From: a virus
Length of the DNA stretch: 64,000 nt
Reading direction: 5' to 3' (one strand)
Virus record (IMG/VR): IMGVR_UViG_3300042923_000241
Coordinates: 1-64,000 of that record
The notes beneath the pieces were generated by a model, which did not search any database, was not told the origin of the DNA, and saw only the letters and a program-made list of their open reading frames with translations. A program made the translations under genes and the position numbers. Below are positions 57,786 to 64,000 of this stretch, in pieces (within the stretch, counting starts at the first letter, position 1; every line of letters begins with the position of its first letter).

Positions 57786-58157
57786 TTGATGGACACATTC
57801 ACTTTCAAGCACTATCAGGAAGTCGATATGGACGATCAGGCAAACAACTTTCGTGTTGAGTTTGGAACAGGCAATGAACAGATTCAACGCAAAACGGTAA
57901 ACGGCATATTAAAATGGACATTGCCATTCCGTGGAGATAAAACAGACTTTGATGAGTTATATGCGTTTTGGAACAGTCACAAACATGGTGAACAATTTTA
58001 TTGGATAGACCCCGTAACAGGAACACAACATGTTTGTACGTTTTCCAACGACAATTTTCAAGTTAAAGAGAAATATGGTCACGATGAAACAGGGTATGGC
58101 ATGAAGGCGTTTGATTCGGTTGAACTGATACTCCGCAAGGTTTGGGGTGTTGCGTAA
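57786..58157 (+). CDS. Distal tail protein (lambda M-like)
   Basis: VEFG.G.EQ...NG...L.AFW..H..G..FYW.DP. Confidence 0.75.
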   Translation: MMDTFTFKHYQEVDMDDQANNFRVEFGTGNEQIQRKTVNGILKWTLPFRGDKTDFDELYAFWNSHKHGEQFYWIDPVTGTQHVCTFSNDNFQVKEKYGHDETGYGMKAFDSVELILRKVWGVA

Positions 58158-58978
58158 TGCTTTTGCTCCCAACCAAGATGGCACTCGCCAAAGAAAAGTC
58201 GAGTGTCTTTTTTATTACCCTTTACGCTTTTCACCTCATCAACGAAACGCTTTATTTTGCCGCTTGCGATGAAGACATTCCTTGGTATCTCCCACGAACG
58301 GAAACGCCAATTGTCTACAAAGCAATGCCAATTCAGATTGAGACAGTAAAATCGTCTGTCGATTCCAAGGTTGACAACGTTTCCCTGTCGGTCAGTAATA
58401 TTGACGATGCGTTTACTGGCGCATTGTTTCAAGGGTATGAATTCAGAGGTAGGTTAGTTGAAGTTTTTCAAATATCTTACCCTGAGTCGTTAAACGAGCC
58501 GACAGAATTTAGACCGATGTTCTGCGGTCAGTTAGACGACCCCGAACTCGACGAAAAAGAAAAAACGTTCAAAGTCACACTAAAAAGCAACTTTCCCAAC
58601 ACTCAACCCGGACGGACGTTTATGCTGAGTTGTAACGCAATTGATTTTGGCGACATGGAAACCTGCGGTGCAAGCAAAGTCACTCTTGCAGGAATTGTAC
58701 AACCAGGTTCTAACCAAAACAACATTTACATTCAACAGACAATGGCAAACGACTATTGGCAACACGGCATGCTTACTATTGCTTTTGAAACACGGAAAAT
58801 CATCTCCAACACAGGCAATTACATTGAAGTTGAGTATCCGTTTAGTTTTGCGCCGACAGGTAGTTATACCATTGAAACCGGTTGCTGCAAGAGTGAACAA
58901 AACTGTATTAAGTGGAACAACTTAATTAATCGAAGTGGTTTTCCGGCAATACCGTTCGAAATGAAAATTATTAGCTAA
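58157..58978 (+). CDS. Tail tip/hub protein (lambda L / DUF2163-like)
   Basis: LSVSNID; C...FGD..CG; GC.KS...C..WNN..N..GFP.IP. Confidence 0.8.
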   Translation: MLLLPTKMALAKEKSSVFFITLYAFHLINETLYFAACDEDIPWYLPRTETPIVYKAMPIQIETVKSSVDSKVDNVSLSVSNIDDAFTGALFQGYEFRGRLVEVFQISYPESLNEPTEFRPMFCGQLDDPELDEKEKTFKVTLKSNFPNTQPGRTFMLSCNAIDFGDMETCGASKVTLAGIVQPGSNQNNIYIQQTMANDYWQHGMLTIAFETRKIISNTGNYIEVEYPFSFAPTGSYTIETGCCKSEQNCIKWNNLINRSGFPAIPFEMKIIS

Positions 58979-59002
58979 TCTTCTTGTAAGGGAGGTGATT
59001 TA

Positions 59003-62000
59003 GTGGGAAAAAAGAAAGGGAAAATATTTGCGTCCATATTTGGATTTGCGTTGGGCTTTGCTAATCCTGCATTTTTTGGTGCTGGAACTGCCTCTTTTAC
59101 TGCCGGTATGTACGGCGCATCTTTAGCGTCTAACCTATGGTCGATGTCGCATAAACCGAAAGTCACGCAAGACTACGGAAGATTCGATAGCCTTATGAAC
59201 ACCATCAGCAGCGAAGCGATGATTCCAATTATATATGGAAGGCGCAAGTGGGCAGGGAATCAAACCTATCACAAGCCGTCTGCCGACAAGAAAAAACTCG
59301 TAAAAGACGTTGTTCTCTGTGAAGGCGAGATTGAATGGATAGAATATGTAGCCGCAAACGATATGCCGATTTACGATACGCCTATTGTCAAGATAAAATA
59401 TACAGGCGCGGCAGAAAAGGCAACCTATTCCGTTAAAAACAGCATTTTTTCCTTGAATTTTTATCACTTAGTTGATATGGACGGCAGTATGGAATGGACA
59501 GAATATGGTTCAGGCCTTTTCGGAGGAAGCAACCCATATCCTCCGTTGACATTTGACATGATCGACAAACAGCCAATTGATTTATATAATTGGCTAAACC
59601 AACAAGTGGGATTTCAAGCGATAGAATTGGTTTCGTATTTTGCATTGTCAACAATTCCTGACAAGGCTAAGTCCGCAAGCAATACAGACTTCAAAAACGT
59701 ATTCGGTTCATTAATCATCCCTGGACTTCCAGGATGCTCATATGAATTTCACAATGGTTCTCCCGCTCAACAGCCGCCAAGCAACTATGCCGATGTTGGC
59801 AGTTATAAGAATATGGCATGGTTGCGTGTTACATTGACATTATCAGAAAAACTACAGGGCAGTAACCCGACAATTACATGTGTTGTTTATGGCAAAAAGG
59901 TTAATGTGTATCGCAACGGTGCGTGGTATTATGAATATTCGGACAACCCTGTTTGGTGCGTTCGTGATTACTGCCTATCTCGCCGTTATGGTCTTGGAAG
60001 ATGGTTTACGGCAAGCGACTTTGACAACGATGCTAACCTTGAATCTGCCGATTACTGTAATGCGGCAGTTAGTTACAAAGACGAAAATGGGGTTATCCGG
60101 CAGGAGAAGCGATATAGTCTCAATATAATTCTTGACCAAAAACGTGATGCCGTTGACCAGTTAAGTGATATGCTCTGCAATTTTGCAGGGTATTTTTCTT
60201 TCAGTCCGTATAGTGTAGCGATTCGGATTGAAAAAGAAACCAGCAAATCATATGACTTTACCGACGCAACGATTATTACAGATAGTGTTAAATTTGGTCA
60301 AAAGCCTAGTGACGAAAATTTTAACCGATATACGGTAGGTTACTTTGACCCGAATAACAATTGGACACAAGTCAAGGTGCTGTTAGAGGATTTCCCTGGA
60401 CAAAAGCAATCCGGCAAGGTTGTCAATTCCGACGTAACATTTCCCGGAACTCTCAGCCAATCACAGGCTTTGCGATTAACCAGACTGCTGAAAGATGTGA
60501 CAAAACTCTGCTCAATCAACATGAGCTTTCAGACGGCAACGATGGCGATGCACCTGCAATGTGGCGACGTTGTGCATGTGACGTACAAAAATTATTTTAC
60601 CGCTATGCCGTTCAGAATACAGGCAATTGATGAGAATAATGGCATTTGGACACTAACGTGTCGGCAATATAATGGTTCGATTTATAACGATCAGTTGGGC
60701 GCAGAGATTCAAGTTAAAAATTACAACTTTATCGCAAGTCCGCTTGTTGGTGTTATTCCGGAAGTTTCCGGTCTAACCCTGTCGCAGACGTACTACAGAC
60801 AAGGCGATGGAACAATTATTTCCGATATCGGTATTAGTTTTAACACGGCTAGTTATCAGTTTTTGCGGCAGTATATCGTTGATTACAGTATTGACAACGG
60901 CGTAAATTGGACGAATTACGTTAACACTTTGGACAACCAAGTCGTATTGCACAATGCGATTGTCAAAAAAACTTACTTGATTCGCGTCCGTGTGCAAAAT
61001 ACCGCAGGCAGAGTGTCGGGCGGATTAGTCTCTGATTCGTTATTCGTAACCGGCAAAGACAATCCTCCTTCAGACGTAACAAGGTTGTCTGTTAGTCAAA
61101 TTGACGACAAATTGCACGTTGCGATAATTCCCAATACAGACCCAGACCTGCGCCATTACGAATTACGGTTAGGCGTAACTTGGGAAGAGTCCGAGAAAGT
61201 AACGATTTTTTACGATCAACTAATTACAATTGATGCGCCACGCGAAGGAACGTTGACGTATTTAGTTAAGGCGGTTGACAACTCAGGAAACCAGTCGACG
61301 AATGCAACAAAGTCTGTAGTTAACGTCTTTAACTTGCCTATAAAAAACGTTATCGCACAACGCGAAGAAATATTGTCGTCGTGGTCTAACACAGACGATA
61401 AATGTTTCTTAGACGGCACGCAACAATGGCAATTAAATAGCAAAAAAACACTTGGAGAGTTTGCATTATTTGCCGATTTCTTTAATTCTCAGTTCGAGAA
61501 GAACGATAACGCCGAGTTGATTTTGCCGGTTGTTGATCTAGGGCAGAACATTATCGAAGAAGGCTTTTTCTTTGTCGACGGACTAGGCAATGTTCAAATT
61601 AACTCAATTGAAATACTCGGTTCGTTTGTGCTTTTTAGCGAGTGGTTTAATGCCGCTCTTACTCCACAACCGGTTAAGTATGTTACTCAGACGTTTATTA
61701 AGTTTGATGTAATATACTCGAAAAGCATAAATACAGAATTGACTATTGAGTACCGAACCAGTATTGATGGTCAACATTTCGGTTCGTGGACACCGATTTC
61801 TATTCGTCAGTTTTTCGGTAGATATGTGCAAATTCGCATATTGCCTAAAACGCTAAACGGAATAACGCAAATAGTTATTTCGTCGGCAACTCAGGCAATT
61901 GATGTGCCGGATGTTGAAAATATCGTTGTCAATAAAGACATTCCTGCACAAAAAACGCGAATTGTTTTTAATCGAAAATTCTACGCAACGCCAAAAAGTC

Positions 62001-62146
62001 TTGCAGTTTACACACAAGACACTACCGGAAAATGGGCAAGTAACAGAACAACAAATATAACAAATGATGGTTTTGATTTAGAAATATTAGACGGCGACAC
62101 GCTAGTCGCAGGGAAAATGCAAGAAGCGAGAGCGAGGGGATATTAA
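59003..62146 (+). CDS. Central tail fibre / host-specificity protein (lambda J-like)
   Basis: IPIIYG, LCEGEI, V.GKKV, SDNP.WC..DY....RYGLG; FN3-like repeats. Confidence 0.88.
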   Translation: MGKKKGKIFASIFGFALGFANPAFFGAGTASFTAGMYGASLASNLWSMSHKPKVTQDYGRFDSLMNTISSEAMIPIIYGRRKWAGNQTYHKPSADKKKLVKDVVLCEGEIEWIEYVAANDMPIYDTPIVKIKYTGAAEKATYSVKNSIFSLNFYHLVDMDGSMEWTEYGSGLFGGSNPYPPLTFDMIDKQPIDLYNWLNQQVGFQAIELVSYFALSTIPDKAKSASNTDFKNVFGSLIIPGLPGCSYEFHNGSPAQQPPSNYADVGSYKNMAWLRVTLTLSEKLQGSNPTITCVVYGKKVNVYRNGAWYYEYSDNPVWCVRDYCLSRRYGLGRWFTASDFDNDANLESADYCNAAVSYKDENGVIRQEKRYSLNIILDQKRDAVDQLSDMLCNFAGYFSFSPYSVAIRIEKETSKSYDFTDATIITDSVKFGQKPSDENFNRYTVGYFDPNNNWTQVKVLLEDFPGQKQSGKVVNSDVTFPGTLSQSQALRLTRLLKDVTKLCSINMSFQTATMAMHLQCGDVVHVTYKNYFTAMPFRIQAIDENNGIWTLTCRQYNGSIYNDQLGAEIQVKNYNFIASPLVGVIPEVSGLTLSQTYYRQGDGTIISDIGISFNTASYQFLRQYIVDYSIDNGVNWTNYVNTLDNQVVLHNAIVKKTYLIRVRVQNTAGRVSGGLVSDSLFVTGKDNPPSDVTRLSVSQIDDKLHVAIIPNTDPDLRHYELRLGVTWEESEKVTIFYDQLITIDAPREGTLTYLVKAVDNSGNQSTNATKSVVNVFNLPIKNVIAQREEILSSWSNTDDKCFLDGTQQWQLNSKKTLGEFALFADFFNSQFEKNDNAELILPVVDLGQNIIEEGFFFVDGLGNVQINSIEILGSFVLFSEWFNAALTPQPVKYVTQTFIKFDVIYSKSINTELTIEYRTSIDGQHFGSWTPISIRQFFGRYVQIRILPKTLNGITQIVISSATQAIDVPDVENIVVNKDIPAQKTRIVFNRKFYATPKSLAVYTQDTTGKWASNRTTNITNDGFDLEILDGDTLVAGKMQEARARGY

Positions 62147-62866
62147 TTGCCATTATTTGAAGAAGGAATGGGTGGGACGCAGGGATTCAGTAAGCTAAAC
62201 GGACTATTTGACCCTGCAAGTGCAGACTCACATGACCATAGCGGAATAGACGGCAAGGGGGAGAAAATACCCGCTGCAAACATCATAAACGACGCCACCG
62301 GCAACCTCCCAGCCGGAACCGTGGCGAGTCAGTTGGCGGCATTGGACGGTAGAGGTCTTGCGTGGTTTAAGGCTGAAACATACGCAGTCGGTGACATAGT
62401 TTACAGTCCTAACCTTCCGAGTTACGCCTACGCCGAGTGTATCCAAGCAGGTTCAACAGCAGCGACAGAGCCGACATGGCCTGCGGTTGGCAGCACGGTG
62501 GTAGATGGTACTGTGACATGGATTGTACGAAGCATCACGAAAGTTGCAGTAGCTAATGGAGGTACTGGCGCAAGTGACGCGGCAACATCCAGGGCCAATT
62601 TAGGAGCTATGGTCGCTCCAGTTGGCGGCACAGGATCGAATTTGCCAGGAGAGGTAAGAGTAACGCTTTTTGGCTCTGGCGTACAACCGGTTGTTCCGGC
62701 AGGCGGTACATGGCTTTGGTTCACTACTTTAGTATTCAGTTCTTCCGCGCTTACAGTAGTAGGGGATCAATCCTATTACGGGGCAGGTGTTGCAGCAGGA
62801 GGTGCTAACATTAGTACACCAGCCGTAGGTTATGTAAGAACATTTATGTTTTGGAGGATTGCGTAA
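62147..62866 (+). CDS. Tail fibre / receptor-binding protein
   Basis: EPTWP...VVDGTVTW, VANGGTGA..A..RANLG, WRIA C-terminus. Confidence 0.8.
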   Translation: MPLFEEGMGGTQGFSKLNGLFDPASADSHDHSGIDGKGEKIPAANIINDATGNLPAGTVASQLAALDGRGLAWFKAETYAVGDIVYSPNLPSYAYAECIQAGSTAATEPTWPAVGSTVVDGTVTWIVRSITKVAVANGGTGASDAATSRANLGAMVAPVGGTGSNLPGEVRVTLFGSGVQPVVPAGGTWLWFTTLVFSSSALTVVGDQSYYGAGVAAGGANISTPAVGYVRTFMFWRIA

Positions 62867-63399
62867 TGATAAAAAAACGCCATGACGGAACCTATGAGAT
62901 TTTGAATAACGGACTGCCTTATCATGTTTTGCAGACTGACCCGATATTTGCTGAAGTCGATAGCTATGCGCAGGCTCATCCTGATGAGGTTGAGATCGTG
63001 CCTGCGCCGCCAGGGCCGACGCTGGAAGAATCAAAAGAGACCCTCCGCGCAGCAATTAACACCGAACGAAACCGGCGAGAAATGGGCGGCTTTACCTATC
63101 TTGACAAAACTTTTGACAGCGACCAAACTAGCGTGACCCGTATCAATGCTGCAGTCAACACAGCGGTTGCGGCTATCCTGACTATCTCGGTTTTTTCTGT
63201 GGAGTGGACATGCAAAGACAACTCGACAATCGCTCTGGATGCTCAGCAGTTCCTTGGCCTTGCATCAGCACTGGCGCAACACTCAAACGCCCAGCACGTG
63301 CGAGGTAGGGGGTTAAAAGATCAGACTGAAGCAGCGCAATCAGAAGCGGATTTGGTAGTAGTTGAAAACCTATTAAACGAATGGAAGGCAGAGGCGTAG
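62866..63399 (+). CDS. DUF4376-like tail fibre assembly protein
   Basis: NGLPYHV; IN.ER..R..GGF...FDSD..S; W..KDN. Confidence 0.75.
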   Translation: MIKKRHDGTYEILNNGLPYHVLQTDPIFAEVDSYAQAHPDEVEIVPAPPGPTLEESKETLRAAINTERNRREMGGFTYLDKTFDSDQTSVTRINAAVNTAVAAILTISVFSVEWTCKDNSTIALDAQQFLGLASALAQHSNAQHVRGRGLKDQTEAAQSEADLVVVENLLNEWKAEA

Positions 63400-63479
63400 G
63401 CCTCTATTTTTATTAGGGGGTGGGAGCGTTCCTGCCAATACAACGGGTAGCAAAATGGGGAGAGTGGAGTTGATGTAGA

Positions 63480-63722
63480 TTGTCAGAAAAAGACTTTCAG
63501 CAACAAGTGTTAGAGCGACTATCGGCGATTGAAACAAACGGGCAGTATTTCAGCGAAGGGTTAAAAATCATTCGCGAACACGGCGAGAGAATCACGGCGG
63601 CAGAAGCAAGTTCAAGTTCGGCACATAAACGGATTGACGGGATTTATCTGACTGCTGGCATGTTTGGCGCAGTCGCCGGATGGGTTGCTGATTTTGTCGG
63701 GAAGTGGTCAAGAGGTCACTAA
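63480..63722 (+). CDS. XhlA-like holin accessory
   Basis: VLERL..IET...SAHKRID plus a C-terminal TM helix. Confidence 0.75.
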   Translation: MSEKDFQQQVLERLSAIETNGQYFSEGLKIIREHGERITAAEASSSSAHKRIDGIYLTAGMFGAVAGWVADFVGKWSRGH

Positions 63723-63723
63723 C

Positions 63724-64000
63724 ATGAAATTTATTTCCAGTCTGATGTATGAAAACGGCGAGGTGTCCGCAGTGCGGTGCTTCGCTGTTTATCTTATCAT
63801 CATGGCGATGCACGCTTACTATGAAGCAATGTACTCCGGCAAGACATTTAGTCCCGAACAATGGGTAATTCTGCAAGACACTATCCGTGGTGGCGGTGCT
63901 GGCGGTGTAGGTGCGTTGCTAGTGAACAAGGCGTACAACTCTATTTTTAATACGCCACGAAATGAGTATATGAGAAAGTCTTTGATCGGCGTAAGCGAGC
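63724..64000 (+). CDS. Probable holin (truncated by window)
   Basis: MKFISSLMYENGEVSAVR followed by hydrophobic segments; lysis position. Confidence 0.55.
   Translation, partial: MKFISSLMYENGEVSAVRCFAVYLIIMAMHAYYEAMYSGKTFSPEQWVILQDTIRGGGAGGVGALLVNKAYNSIFNTPRNEYMRKSLIGVSE

Larger units (their letters stand above)
1..64000. mobile_element. Temperate siphovirus genome (partial at right edge), probable Negativicutes host
   Basis: Integrase, repressor, replication, terminase, portal, capsid, tape measure, tail tip and holin genes occur in canonical order, with no host housekeeping operon. Confidence 0.95.

Noticed and set aside
62147-62866. Diversity-generating retroelement or shufflon
   Set aside because: No reverse transcriptase, template repeat or invertase in the window

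Overview
The whole window is one temperate siphovirus genome, incomplete at the right edge where the lysis genes begin. The host is probably a diderm Firmicute (Negativicutes, Sporomusa-like). This is inferred from the ACP, SSB and SigH-like sequences together with a lambda-type tail tip. Order along the window: an attP-like site (3' half of tRNA-Arg(TCT) with integrase arm repeats on both sides), tyrosine integrase, immunity switch, a long rightward early/middle operon (recombination, replication and many accessory genes), an ArpU-like late activator, a GIY-YIG/NUMOD3 endonuclease followed by a ~680-nt structured non-coding RNA candidate with a tRNA-Gly-like domain, a leftward small-gene island (30.7-35.5 kb), a possible packaging site, then head, tail and lysis modules. 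The strongest novel signal is in the leftward island, where two twister-type self-cleaving ribozymes flank a single 76-codon gene. The predicted 341-nt excised RNA would carry 5'-OH and 2',3'-cyclic-phosphate ends that base-pair into an anticodon-loop-sized junction, which makes it a candidate natural circular-mRNA cassette. The same island has a three-copy covarying RNA hairpin motif and a second copy of the phage repressor. All calls come from manual motif reading; no searches were run.
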